64,000 nucleotides of DNA from an uncultured Clostridia bacterium (GCA_944383275.1 CALWOV010000004.1:4957-68956), one strand, 5' to 3'; shown: positions 50,686 through 61,273, counted from the stretch's first letter. Program-made: numbers and translations. The notes: generated by a model not told the origin, from the letters alone.

Positions 50686-51516
50686 ATGATAAAATTAATA
50701 GTAGATAGCACTTCAGAAATTGATGTTGAAGAAGCAAAAAAATTAGATATAGATTTAATACCAATGAAAGTTATGATTGATGACAACGAATATATTGCTG
50801 GCATTAACCTTGATAATCTTCAATTTTACGAACTTCTTAAAAAATGTAAAAATCTTCCAACCACAACACAAATTAATCAAACTAAATATATTGAGCACAT
50901 AACAAAATATTTAGATGAAGGTTTTGAAGTTTTTGTTATGTGTCTTTCAAGTGGGCTTTCTGGCTCTTTTAACAGTTTAAGATTAGCAAAAGAAGAAATT
51001 AATAGTGATAAATTAGAAATTTATGACACTAAAAGCGCAACATTTGGCTATAAAGCTCTTGTTTACGAAGCACTTAAACTTATTAAAAAAGGGGTTTCAT
51101 TACAAGAATTAAAAAACGAAATGGAAACTTTAAAATCTAAACTTAAGCTTATTGCCATAATTGATAATGTTAAATATTTAATTAAAGGTGGAAGATTATC
51201 TTTGGTTGCCGGAATTGCGGCAACTGCACTTAATATTAAACCAATAGTCGAAATTAAAGATGGTAAAGTTGCAGTATTAACGAAAGCAATCGGCTTTAAT
51301 TCGGGTTTAAAAAACTTGTGCAATTTAATTAAAAATATAGATTCTGAAAAAACTATATTTTTTGGTCATTCAAACGATGAAGAAAAACTAAATAAAATGT
51401 CTGAAATTTTAAAATCTAAATTAAACATAACTACCGAAAATATATCTGATATTGGATCAGTTATTGGCACGCACGCTGGACCTGGTTGCGTAGGGCTTTC
51501 CTATTTTGAAAAATAA
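50686..51516 (+). CDS. DegV family protein
   Basis: VDSTS, PTTTQ, SSGLSGS, LIKGGR and IGTHAGPG. Confidence 0.92.
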   Translation: MIKLIVDSTSEIDVEEAKKLDIDLIPMKVMIDDNEYIAGINLDNLQFYELLKKCKNLPTTTQINQTKYIEHITKYLDEGFEVFVMCLSSGLSGSFNSLRLAKEEINSDKLEIYDTKSATFGYKALVYEALKLIKKGVSLQELKNEMETLKSKLKLIAIIDNVKYLIKGGRLSLVAGIAATALNIKPIVEIKDGKVAVLTKAIGFNSGLKNLCNLIKNIDSEKTIFFGHSNDEEKLNKMSEILKSKLNITTENISDIGSVIGTHAGPGCVGLSYFEK

Positions 51517-51870
51517 ATAATTAACAAATAATATTTATTAATTCAAGTTTATAGTTATAAAATATAAATTTTAAACTAAATTGTTAAAATAAAAACATAA
51601 AAAATGTTAATATTAATAATTTTTGCAACTAATAAAAAGAATAGTAAAACACTATTCTTTATTATTTTGCAAGTTTCAAATAATAAAGTAATTTAACTTT
51701 TTTAAATTAAGAATATTAATTTCATTAAAAATGAAAATTAAATTATTGTTTTTACTATATAATATTAAACATAAATAGAAAAGTGTAGAATATAAAAATA
51801 TAAAAAATATTTGACGATTTGCTTTAATAAGTTATATAATATATTTAATAATAATTAAAAGGAGTAAAAT

Positions 51871-52872
51871 ATGGCAAAAGAAAAGGCAAAAACATCAAAA
51901 ATTGTTATAAGTTGTTGTGTTGCTGTTGTTTTGCTTGCAGCAATAATTGTTGGCATTATTCTTGCAGTAAACAACAGTAACCGAGAAAAAACAGCAACAA
52001 CAATTATGACCTGCTCTGTTAACCCATCTGTTCAATTTAAAATTAATGCAAATAATAAAGTTATGGATGTGGTTGCAACCAACGATGATGGACAAAAACT
52101 TATAGTTAAAGGCGAATTTATTGGGCTTTCAGCAGAAGATGCTGCACAACTTTTTGTTGAACTTAGCACAGAGGCTGGATATATAAATGTTAGCACTCAA
52201 GGAACTGAAGTTTCTATTAATTTAACAGGAACACTTGAAAACTATGATGAACTTAAAAACAAAATTGTTTCTTCTGTAAATGAATATTTCAGTGAAAATG
52301 GAATTATTGCAGGTGCTGTTGCAACAGTTTCTAAGGACATTAAATCTGCTATTGAACAAATTAACACTAATGCAAAAAATTTAGCAGACAAAACAGCAAA
52401 CGAACTTATGCAAATATATGACGAAACAACAAACAATCTTGAAGGCATTTCAAACAGTTTGCAAGAAGCATTTTATGCATATTACCAAGTTGCACAAGAT
52501 GCAAAAGATTTAGCGATGGAAGCTTTGGAATCTGCTCGTGATGGATTAGACAAAGCTCAAGCAGCACTTGACAATGCAACTGATGCAACACGCGAAGTTT
52601 TACAAGAAGCATTAAATGTTGCGCAAAAAGTTTTAGATGATGCAGAAGCAGCATTTGAAAAAGCAACAGAAGAATTAAATGCAAAAATACAAGAAGCAAT
52701 AACAAAATTTAAAAAAGACAGTGAAGCAATTTTTGAACAAATTACAACTGCAATAAACCAACAAATTGAAAACAATAAACAATTAATTGAAGACCACCTT
52801 AAACAATTTGAAGAAAATAAAGCAGAAATTCAAAAACAAATTGCTGACTACCAAAATTCATTAAATGCCTAA
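51871..52872 (+). CDS. Membrane-anchored protein with RsgI-like periplasmic domain and long coiled coil
   Basis: N-terminal TM; VNPSVQFKINANNKV..V.A.NDDG pattern of the anti-sigma-I-like domain; Ala/Glu/Gln-rich helical tail. Confidence 0.7.
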   Translation: MAKEKAKTSKIVISCCVAVVLLAAIIVGIILAVNNSNREKTATTIMTCSVNPSVQFKINANNKVMDVVATNDDGQKLIVKGEFIGLSAEDAAQLFVELSTEAGYINVSTQGTEVSINLTGTLENYDELKNKIVSSVNEYFSENGIIAGAVATVSKDIKSAIEQINTNAKNLADKTANELMQIYDETTNNLEGISNSLQEAFYAYYQVAQDAKDLAMEALESARDGLDKAQAALDNATDATREVLQEALNVAQKVLDDAEAAFEKATEELNAKIQEAITKFKKDSEAIFEQITTAINQQIENNKQLIEDHLKQFEENKAEIQKQIADYQNSLNA

Positions 52873-52997
52873 AATTAATGAATATATTGTGAAATATTGT
52901 TGTTAATTAAAAAGCAAAAAATGCATTGATTTTAGTAATTTAGTTTATTTAAACCTTTGATATAAAAAGTTAAATTTATAAAAATAAAAAGAGCAAA

Positions 52998-53621
52998 CTA
53001 TTTGCTCTTTTTGTTTTTCTTTTGCATTAAATAATTATCTCTTAATTCAAGCATTTTACTTGACACTATTTCCCCAATTTTTGCAAGCACTTCTTTTGTA
53101 GGTTTTTGCCCCTCGAACTCTGTTAAGTCTATAGGCTTCCCTATTAACAATTTATTAAAGCGAAAAATTCTTGGTTTTTTAACATACCACATCGGAATAA
53201 TAGGTGCACCACTTTTAAGCGCAAACAATGCAACGCCGTTTTTAAGAGCCATTTGCTCGTCTTCATCGGTATGCCCTCTTGTTCCTTCTGGGAACACAAC
53301 AAGCCACTTATCTTCTTTTAACACTTTTAGCACGGTTTTAATTGTTGAAACACCCACATCTTGTCGATTAACAGGAATTGCACCCCAATTTTTTAAAATT
53401 GCACCGAAAAATTTATTTTTAAAAAGTGTGTGCTTTGCCAAAATGCGTGGCTGTCTGTGGATATGGCTGAATATTAAAACAGGGTCAAGATTGCTTGTGT
53501 GGTTGCATGCTAAAATAGCCTTCTTTTTTTTAGGCAGATTTTTTTTACCAACAACTTTTAATGGATATAAAATTCTTAATGGCAAGTAGGCAATAGTCCA
53601 ACAAAACCAGTAAAAAAACAT
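52998..53621 (-). CDS. plsC: 1-acyl-sn-glycerol-3-phosphate acyltransferase
   Basis: NHTSNLD (NHxxxxD) and FPEGTR motifs. Confidence 0.92.
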   Translation of the reverse strand: MFFYWFCWTIAYLPLRILYPLKVVGKKNLPKKKKAILACNHTSNLDPVLIFSHIHRQPRILAKHTLFKNKFFGAILKNWGAIPVNRQDVGVSTIKTVLKVLKEDKWLVVFPEGTRGHTDEDEQMALKNGVALFALKSGAPIIPMWYVKKPRIFRFNKLLIGKPIDLTEFEGQKPTKEVLAKIGEIVSSKMLELRDNYLMQKKNKKSK

Positions 53622-53632
53622 TCTAACTCCTT

Positions 53633-54340
53633 TTAAAGAGAATTTAAGTAGTTGATTTCTTCTTCACTAAGTTCTCTAACTTCGCCAACTTTTAAACCTT
53701 TTAAAGTAAGTTTTCCAAGCGCAATTCTAGAAAGTTCCACAATACTTTTATTTATTGCTTTAAACATTCTTCTAACTTGGCGATTTTTGCCTTCGTGAAT
53801 AGTTATTTGTATGCTAGATTGATTGTTAAGGTTCGATATTTTTTTAACTTCTGCTTTACTTGTTACAAAATCTCCAATATCAACACCATCACGCAATTTT
53901 TGTAATTCTTGTTCGGTGATATCCCCTTTTATTACAACCATATATGTTTTTCCAAATTCAAAACTAGGATGCATAAGTTTTTGCGTGATTTCTCCATCGT
54001 TAGTAAACAGCAAAAGACCTGATGTGTTATAATCAAGTCTTCCAACAGGATATACCCGTTTATTGATTGCTGGTAAAAGTTCCATAACTGTTTTTCTGCC
54101 CTGAGGGTCTTTAACTGAAGTAATGTAGCCCACAGGTTTATTCATCATATAATAAACTAAATCGCCCTTCAATCTAATTGGTCTGCCATCTACGGCAACA
54201 ATGTCGGTTTCTGGGTTTATTTTTATGCCCATTTTTTTAACCACTACGGCATTAACCCTAACTCGACCTTCTGAAATAATTTCATCGCATCGTCTTCTAG
54301 AAGCAACGCCACAAGAAGACATAAATTTATTAAGTCGCAT
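53633..54340 (-). CDS. rluB: rRNA pseudouridine synthase (RluB/RsuA family)
   Basis: S4 domain MRLNKF...GVASRR, VGRLDYNTSGLLL and EGKNRQVRRM. Confidence 0.9.
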   Translation of the reverse strand: MRLNKFMSSCGVASRRRCDEIISEGRVRVNAVVVKKMGIKINPETDIVAVDGRPIRLKGDLVYYMMNKPVGYITSVKDPQGRKTVMELLPAINKRVYPVGRLDYNTSGLLLFTNDGEITQKLMHPSFEFGKTYMVVIKGDITEQELQKLRDGVDIGDFVTSKAEVKKISNLNNQSSIQITIHEGKNRQVRRMFKAINKSIVELSRIALGKLTLKGLKVGEVRELSEEEINYLNSL

Positions 54341-54362
54341 AAGTAAACCTCGTTACAATGTT

Positions 54363-55640
54363 TTAAGCATTCCAGTTGTCTAAAATATCTTTAACCTTAT
54401 CTTTTATCAACTTAGAATCTACTTCTTCCATTGTATATATTTTTTCAGAAAAAATCAAGTGTTTACCAGCATAAACTTCCACTTTACCCACAACTTTATC
54501 TTTTTCAACAGGCGCAACTAATGTTTGTTCAAGTTCTATTTGTATGTTTAAATTGCTTTCTTCTTCTTTAGTTAAAGGCAAACTTAAACCTTTTCTGCTA
54601 TATGAGCCAACATAATCTTTTACACCATTTTCAACAGGAATATTATCCATACTTTTATATGGTGGTAAAATTTCACACATTTTAAATTTATCAAAGCCCA
54701 ATTCTAAAAGGTCTTCACTTTCTTCAAACATAGGACCACAATTAAACACCACGCAAACAAGTTTCAATTCATCTCGCTCGCAAGCAGAAACCAAGCATCG
54801 ACCAGCATCATTAGTGAAACCTGTTTTAACACCAATGCAACCATCAAGTTTACTTAAAAGTTTATTTTTGTTCATTAAAAGTCTTGTGCTTTCGCCATTA
54901 CCTATTGTTTTACTTTTAGTTGAAACAATTTCAGCAAAATCTGGGTTGTCTAATGCATATGCTGTTATTATTGCCAAATCTTTAGCCGTGGTATAATGCC
55001 CTTTTGCATCTAAACCGTGTGGGTTAACAAAGTTTGAGTTAGTTGCTCCACAATTTTGCGCAGTCTTGTTCATCATTTCACAAAAGTTTTCAACAGTGCC
55101 ACCTATATGTATTGCCAACGCAGTTGCTGCATCATTTCCACTTCTTAGCATTAAACCATATAAAAGTTCACGAACAGTCAATTGTTCGCCTTTCCTTAAA
55201 TATATGCTGGTGCCTTCAACACCAACAGCCTTGTTATCTATTTTTACAACTTCATCTAAATTATCGCAATTATCAATAACTGTAATTGCTGTTACAATTT
55301 TTGTTGTGCTTGCCATTGGTAATTGTTGTTCTGAATTTTTAGAATATAAAATTCTGCCTGTATCTGCTTCTATCATAATTGCACTTTTTGCAGAACTTTG
55401 ATAACTTACTTTTTCATTTAATGTTTCAATTTCATTTATATTAAAATTTTTAGTTGCAGCATTTGTAATAACAGGTTTTGATATATTTTTATTTTCTAAA
55501 ACCACTTCTTCTTCATTATCTAAAGACTTTGCACTAGCAGTTTCATTTGATACTACAGGAATTAATTGTTGTATAGGCAAATTTACAGCAATAAGTAAAA
55601 TTGCAACAAAAAACATCAAAAATTTAATTTTTTTAAGCAT
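54363..55640 (-). CDS. D-alanyl-D-alanine carboxypeptidase (DacB-like)
   Basis: STTK, SGN and KTG penicillin-binding motifs; N-terminal signal; ytfJ-dacB context. Confidence 0.9.
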   Translation of the reverse strand: MLKKIKFLMFFVAILLIAVNLPIQQLIPVVSNETASAKSLDNEEEVVLENKNISKPVITNAATKNFNINEIETLNEKVSYQSSAKSAIMIEADTGRILYSKNSEQQLPMASTTKIVTAITVIDNCDNLDEVVKIDNKAVGVEGTSIYLRKGEQLTVRELLYGLMLRSGNDAATALAIHIGGTVENFCEMMNKTAQNCGATNSNFVNPHGLDAKGHYTTAKDLAIITAYALDNPDFAEIVSTKSKTIGNGESTRLLMNKNKLLSKLDGCIGVKTGFTNDAGRCLVSACERDELKLVCVVFNCGPMFEESEDLLELGFDKFKMCEILPPYKSMDNIPVENGVKDYVGSYSRKGLSLPLTKEEESNLNIQIELEQTLVAPVEKDKVVGKVEVYAGKHLIFSEKIYTMEEVDSKLIKDKVKDILDNWNA

Positions 55641-56082
55641 TTTTATCTCCTTTTTTTGCATTTTTAGATTTTTTTACTTCATTTTTTACTTTTTCTAAAC
55701 CTTGTTTTCCTTTGTTTTTTACAAAATCTGACAAGGAAGTTGACAAATTTTTCGCAATTTCAGCAAAGGCATTTTCGTTTTCTAAAGTTATCATTTCGCA
55801 ATTATTTTTTCTGACAACTAAAAAACCAACAGGTGTTGCAGAAAAACCTGAACTTGCGCCACCTGCAAAAGGTAAATTAGTTTTTCTAACCTTTTTGCCA
55901 CAATATTCCCCACCACCAGCAACATATCCAACAGTTAATTTAACAATCGGGAATATGGTATCGCCATTTTCTGTTTTAACAGGTTTTGCAACAACATTAT
56001 CTACATTTAAAACATTTTTTAAGTTAGAAATTGAATCTTCTATTAACTCAACTATGGATTTTGCTTGATTTAAGTCTTTCAT
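55633..56082 (-). CDS. ytfJ: Sporulation/germination protein YtfJ (GerW)
   Basis: GYVAGGGEY and PFAGGASSG..ATPVGFLVV. Confidence 0.85.
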   Translation of the reverse strand: MKDLNQAKSIVELIEDSISNLKNVLNVDNVVAKPVKTENGDTIFPIVKLTVGYVAGGGEYCGKKVRKTNLPFAGGASSGFSATPVGFLVVRKNNCEMITLENENAFAEIAKNLSTSLSDFVKNKGKQGLEKVKNEVKKSKNAKKGDKNA

Positions 56083-56647
56083 ATCTGCTCCTTATTTTTA
56101 AGAATTGTTTTAAAGATAAAATTAAACAATATAAAATTTGAATCGGAAATATTAATAAATTTAAGTATCCAGCAAACTTTAATTTGTTTTCATCATTATC
56201 GCTTTCAGTTCCAACATTAGATTCAAAATTTCCTTTAACCGTTTTTAAAATTTGTAAACAACTGTGAATTATTGCTTGCCACAATCCACTGAAATACGCT
56301 GTGTGAAAAGCATCGTTTTTTTGTCCAACGCTAAAAAACAAAGATAATTCTTTTATTTTTATAGAATGAAACAAATTTTTCATAAGTAAACTTATAAAAA
56401 TGGAACTTGCATCAAAATACTTCATTTCTTTTTCATTATTCTTCTTTTTGTGTTTTAAAATTTTTACTGCATCTTTTTTTAGTTGTATTTGAAAGCTTAC
56501 TAAAGTAAAAATGCCAAATAAACTTATAGAAATAGCGCCCAAGTTTTGCAATGCATTCAAGTAAATTCTTAATTGAAAACAAAGTGGTAAAAATAGAATA
56601 AACAAAACTGCAAGAAAAACTATTAAAAACACAAAATACCATTCCAT
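56048..56647 (-). CDS. YtfI/DUF2953-like membrane protein
   Basis: N-terminal TM, DAFHTAYFSG motif, immediately upstream of ytfJ. Confidence 0.65.
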   Translation of the reverse strand: MEWYFVFLIVFLAVLFILFLPLCFQLRIYLNALQNLGAISISLFGIFTLVSFQIQLKKDAVKILKHKKKNNEKEMKYFDASSIFISLLMKNLFHSIKIKELSLFFSVGQKNDAFHTAYFSGLWQAIIHSCLQILKTVKGNFESNVGTESDNDENKLKFAGYLNLLIFPIQILYCLILSLKQFLKIRSRYERLKSSKIHS

Positions 56648-56716
56648 ATTTGCTAGTTTTTGAAAAAAAAATAAAAAAATGCACAAAAAGTGCATTTTTC
56701 TTTAAATTTTATGTAT

Positions 56717-57457
56717 TTAATTTTCAGCAGCCATTTTTTCTTCTATTGGTTTTATTTCTGCTTCTTTTAATGCTTGCTTAGTTTTCTTTAATATTTCTTC
56801 AGATTCTGCCATAAGTTCTTCATCTGTTTTTCCTGTTGGCATAAAGTCTTCTGGTTTTCTCTCAACTCGTTCTTCTGCTTCCATTGAAACATCATATTCA
56901 TTATATAAACCTTCTTGTGGCGTTCCACTTATAACTTTTATTTGTTCAAGTAATTCGTCATAATCAGGAAGGTCGTTTATACTTTGAAGTTCGAATCTTT
57001 TTAAAAACTCATCAGTTGTTCCAAATAATAAAGGTTTTCCAACAACATCTTTTCTTCCAACAACTTCAATAAGTTTATGAGTTAATAAAATTTGAACAGC
57101 ATAATCACTTGCAACACCACGAATGTTTTCAATTTCCAATCTTGTTATTGGTTGTTTATATGCAATTATTGCAACTGTTTCAAGTGCTGCTTTAGTTAAA
57201 GCGCGTTCACGAATAGGGTTTAAAACATTTGCTATTTCTTCAGCATACTTAGGATTTGATGTAAGTTGCGCCTTGTTTTTAAATGTTATAACTTGTATTG
57301 GACTGTCTTCATCTCTCTCATCTTTCATAAGTTGAACAGCATCTTTAACAGCATCAACCTTAACTTCAAGTTTTTCTGCAATTTCATCAAAGGTTACAGC
57401 ATTACCTGCAACAAACAAAATTGCTTCAACTACTTTCGCTAGTTCTTTCTTGTTCAT
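56717..57457 (-). CDS. scpB: Segregation and condensation protein B
   Basis: EAILFVAG, LETVAIIAYKQPITRLEIENIRGV and GKPLLFGTTDEFL. Confidence 0.95.
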   Translation of the reverse strand: MNKKELAKVVEAILFVAGNAVTFDEIAEKLEVKVDAVKDAVQLMKDERDEDSPIQVITFKNKAQLTSNPKYAEEIANVLNPIRERALTKAALETVAIIAYKQPITRLEIENIRGVASDYAVQILLTHKLIEVVGRKDVVGKPLLFGTTDEFLKRFELQSINDLPDYDELLEQIKVISGTPQEGLYNEYDVSMEAEERVERKPEDFMPTGKTDEELMAESEEILKKTKQALKEAEIKPIEEKMAAEN

Positions 57458-58382
57458 TAATTTTATCCTCCCTAAGCGTAATATTTATCTCTCCAAAAAC
57501 CTCATTTTGTTCAACACTTGCAAACTGTGCTTTTAAAAGTTCAAGCATTGCCTGAAAAGTTGTAATGATTTCCCCACGAGTAAAATCACCTTGAAAAAAG
57601 TCATTAAATCTAATTCTTTTTCGCTCTGTTAAAATTGAACGCATATTAACAATAGAGTCTGCCAAAGTGAAACGGTCTTTTTGAATTTGTCTTTCATTAG
57701 AATTTGGGTTCGCTTTTCTTTCTGCAACAATCATAAGTTTAGAAAAAGCATCAATTAAACCTTGCATATTCATATTTTTAAGCACAATTCTATAGTCGTT
57801 TGCTGATTTATCTGGCTCTTTATAAAAATGGCTTACATTTTCCATTGTTGCAAGTTCGCCACTTGCGTCTTTAAATAATTTATAAATTTGCAAACGCTTT
57901 TTAAGCCAAACCTCTGGGTCTTCTTCATCTTCATTTTCAGCATCTTCATCTTCACAAGGAAGTAAGTTGTTTGCTTTTATCTCTAAAAGTTTACTAGCAA
58001 CAACTATAAACTCGCTTTGTTGTTCCATATTTTTAAAGGGCATTGCTTGCATATATGCCAAAAACTGTTCAGTTAAATCGGCAAGCCTCACTTCCATAAT
58101 ATCAAGTTTTGTGCTTTTTATCATTTCAAGCAAAACATCAAGTGGCCCTTCTTGGTCTCCTAAATGAAACACAACATTTGCTTCTTCTAGGGTTGGCATA
58201 ACATAGTTATTGCCAAGCAGTTCTTTTTCGCGTTTTTCAAGTTCTTCATCTGATAACTTTATTTCTCTTTGGTTATCTTCTGGATTTAAAACGATAATGT
58301 TATTATCAGGAACAGGATTTATTGTTGCATTGTTTTGCTGCATTTCTATTTCAATTTCAATGTTAATAATATCATCTTTCAT
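57426..58382 (-). CDS. scpA: Segregation and condensation protein A (with acidic N-terminal extension)
   Basis: EGPLDVLLEMI, EFIVVASKLLEIKA and ITTFQAMLELLK. Confidence 0.92.
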   Translation of the reverse strand: MKDDIINIEIEIEMQQNNATINPVPDNNIIVLNPEDNQREIKLSDEELEKREKELLGNNYVMPTLEEANVVFHLGDQEGPLDVLLEMIKSTKLDIMEVRLADLTEQFLAYMQAMPFKNMEQQSEFIVVASKLLEIKANNLLPCEDEDAENEDEEDPEVWLKKRLQIYKLFKDASGELATMENVSHFYKEPDKSANDYRIVLKNMNMQGLIDAFSKLMIVAERKANPNSNERQIQKDRFTLADSIVNMRSILTERKRIRFNDFFQGDFTRGEIITTFQAMLELLKAQFASVEQNEVFGEINITLREDKINEQERTSESS

Positions 58383-58391
58383 TTGTATCTC

Positions 58392-59060
58392 CTAACTTAA
58401 TAACGACCATATTAAATTACAAATAGGCTCGAAAGTTATATATAAGAAGCCATTTAAAACCCAAGTGCTTAAAGGTGTTATAATAAATATCAACAAAAAG
58501 ATTATACCATATTGTTGCATAAATCTATCAAATTTTCCATAAGGTGGGAAGAATGCCATTAAGAAATTGTAACCATCTAGTGGGTAAATTGGCAAAAAGT
58601 TAAATATTGCCAAAACAAAGTTCATAACGGCTGTATAGTAGAAAAACATTTGCAAGAAATAATAGAATGTAACAGATGCATCTAAAAAATATGCTGTAAG
58701 TGCATAACAAACAGAAAAAACTATTCCCAAAATTAAGTTGGTTATAATACCTGAAAGTGAAACCCAAATCTGCCCTTTTCTCATATTTCTAAAACGAACA
58801 GAATTTACCGGCACCCCCTTTGCCCAACCAAAACCAAATACAAACAAACATATAGCACCAATAGGGTCAAAATGTGCTTTTGGATTAAATGTCATTCTTC
58901 CAGATAATTTTGCAGTATCATCACCCATTTTATATGCAACAAAAGCGTGCGAAAACTCGTGTGGAACTATTGCAATAATTACTGCAAAAATCCACGCAAC
59001 AAGTGTTAATATTATTAAAGTTGCAGATAAATCAGTAAACAAAATATCAATAATTCCCAA
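58392..59060 (-). CDS. Site-2 protease (M50) family protein
   Basis: HEFSH and FNFLPIYPLDG motifs. Confidence 0.92.
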   Translation of the reverse strand: MGIIDILFTDLSATLIILTLVAWIFAVIIAIVPHEFSHAFVAYKMGDDTAKLSGRMTFNPKAHFDPIGAICLFVFGFGWAKGVPVNSVRFRNMRKGQIWVSLSGIITNLILGIVFSVCYALTAYFLDASVTFYYFLQMFFYYTAVMNFVLAIFNFLPIYPLDGYNFLMAFFPPYGKFDRFMQQYGIIFLLIFIITPLSTWVLNGFLYITFEPICNLIWSLLS

Positions 59061-59177
59061 CGCATTACCCCTTGAATAAAATATGTTAAGTTATTATATC
59101 AAAAAGCCCCTAAAAAAGCAAATGATTTTAACCTTAAAGAAAATTCTAGAATTGAATATTTTAACATATAATATGTT

Positions 59178-60173
59178 ATGAAAACATTATCAATGAAAAA
59201 AAGTTCAATTTTTTTATCCTTGATCATTATTGTGTTTATAATAGCACTTGTGATGAATCCTGAAATTTATATGCAATCTACATTGCAAGGAATTTTAGTA
59301 TGGGCAACAGCAGTTTTGCCTGCACTTTTTCCCTTTTTTTTCCTAACTAAAATTTTGACACAACTTGGACTTGTTGAAAAATTGGCAACTTTTTTTGAAC
59401 CTGTTACAAAAAAATTGTTTAACGCCCCCGGAATTGCTAGTTATACTTTTTTAATGAGTATGATTTCGGGATATCCTGTTGGAGCAAAAATTACAAGCGA
59501 ACTATATGAAAACAAAGCCATAACAAAAGCACAGGCAGTAAGAATGTGCTCTTTTTGTTCTACTTCTGGCCCTCTTTTTGTTATTGGAACTGTGGGGTTA
59601 GAAGCGTTTGGGCATAAAGGAATGGGTGCTATTATGCTTGTTGCTCATTTATTGGGGGCGATTGTTAATGGACTTGTGTTTAGATTTTATAAAAGAAAAG
59701 ATAATGAAGTTATAAACTATACGCCAAAATCGACACCAATCAGTAATTTACTTGCAAACACAATTTATGATTCGGTTATGTCAATATTAATTGTTGGTGG
59801 ATATATTGCACTATTTTTTATGATAATAGATATTTTAACTAACTTGCATATCTTAACAATTATTGCTAATTTTTTTGCTGTTATACTTAATTTGTTTGGC
59901 GTGTCAACTCAGTTTAGTGTTGGGCTTTCTAGTGGAATTATAGAAGTAACAAGGGGGTGTTTGGAATTAGCCAAAAATTGTATAGATTTTAAAACAGCCA
60001 CCATACTTGCTACCGGATTGATTTCTTGGGGTGGAATTTCAATTCATTTTCAAGCACTTACATTTTTGAAAAAATGTGAAATTAAAACAGGCTTTTATAT
60101 GTTTCAAAAACTATGCCATTGTGTTTTTTCGATGATTGTTTGTTGGCTGTTGCTTTTGTTTATACCAATTTAA
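59178..60173 (+). CDS. ylbJ: Sporulation integral membrane protein YlbJ
   Basis: VLPALFPFF, SGYPVGAK, SGPLFVIGTVG and EVTRGC; SigE-like CATATAAT upstream. Confidence 0.85.
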   Translation: MKTLSMKKSSIFLSLIIIVFIIALVMNPEIYMQSTLQGILVWATAVLPALFPFFFLTKILTQLGLVEKLATFFEPVTKKLFNAPGIASYTFLMSMISGYPVGAKITSELYENKAITKAQAVRMCSFCSTSGPLFVIGTVGLEAFGHKGMGAIMLVAHLLGAIVNGLVFRFYKRKDNEVINYTPKSTPISNLLANTIYDSVMSILIVGGYIALFFMIIDILTNLHILTIIANFFAVILNLFGVSTQFSVGLSSGIIEVTRGCLELAKNCIDFKTATILATGLISWGGISIHFQALTFLKKCEIKTGFYMFQKLCHCVFSMIVCWLLLLFIPI

Positions 60174-60397
60174 AATTAAGATATAAAAATTTATATTTTT
60201 AAAATTGGTTCACTATTAAAAGTTAAATTTATTTAGCAATAAATTTGCATTTAAACTTTTTTAAATCAGTTAAAAAATAAATTTTTATTAAGTTTTTGCA
60301 ATATTTTTGTGATTTTTATTTAAAATTTAATAAAAAATTACTAATTTTTCTATTATTTTTATAAAAGTATAAAAAAATAAAAAAGGCGCTCAGCCTT

Positions 60398-61273
60398 TTA
60401 CATAATTTTTTCTGAATTATTTTGTCTTTGCTGTTTTTGTTCTAGCCCAAGTTCAATGCCCTTATTAATTTCTTGTTCGGTAAACGGAATTTCAGAACAA
60501 GTGTTTAAAATATAATTGTTGTTTGCTTTATAATTATCTGGGATTTTAGTTTTTAAAGGAAATTCTTTTTTTACTAAATCAATATATTCATCTAAAGAAC
60601 AATTTATACTGTCTCGTATTGATATAAGTTTTAAATCGTTTAAAGTGTTTTCATAGGTTGGTTCTTGTTTTTCCCAACCTTTTGGCAATATAAAATCTCC
60701 ACCTATCACTTCAACCTTACTAATACCTAAATTATTTTTTGTATCAAAACTTGAAATTAATTTTGCAATAATACAAGTTTTTATTACAGATGTTTGTTTT
60801 TCATTAGTTGGAACAAACCTATATTTTGGTTCTGGAATATATAAACCAAAATTTTCTTTAAAATTTGAAATACAACGCGCTTGATAAATATATGGTGTTA
60901 ACATAAACTCTCGTTTAAATCGCCCTGCTTCCATTGCTCGATATTCGGTTGGAGCAATAATTGTATTATCAATTTGATGAAAATGACATAACAAACCTGC
61001 TTCTTTTTTTAATCTTCCAAACTCAAGTGTTGGAAGCCCCATCAATACTGTTTGCATATTATTAGGGCTTTTAAGCACATAAACCATTAAATCGTTGCCA
61101 TAATTAATAAATTGCGTTTTAACTTTCTTCCTTGGAATATTGTTCTCTTCTGCATATGATATTTCTAATTTTTCAAGCACTTTTTTTGAACATAAATATT
61201 CCACATACTCACATTCATTTAATGCGAAAATCATCAATTCAACATTACTTTCTAAACCTAAATTATTTTTCAT
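60398..61273 (-). CDS. Hypothetical protein
   Basis: 291-aa ORF with AGGT SD and terminator at 60380-60397; ends -EKIM. Confidence 0.7.
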   Translation of the reverse strand: MKNNLGLESNVELMIFALNECEYVEYLCSKKVLEKLEISYAEENNIPRKKVKTQFINYGNDLMVYVLKSPNNMQTVLMGLPTLEFGRLKKEAGLLCHFHQIDNTIIAPTEYRAMEAGRFKREFMLTPYIYQARCISNFKENFGLYIPEPKYRFVPTNEKQTSVIKTCIIAKLISSFDTKNNLGISKVEVIGGDFILPKGWEKQEPTYENTLNDLKLISIRDSINCSLDEYIDLVKKEFPLKTKIPDNYKANNNYILNTCSEIPFTEQEINKGIELGLEQKQQRQNNSEKIM

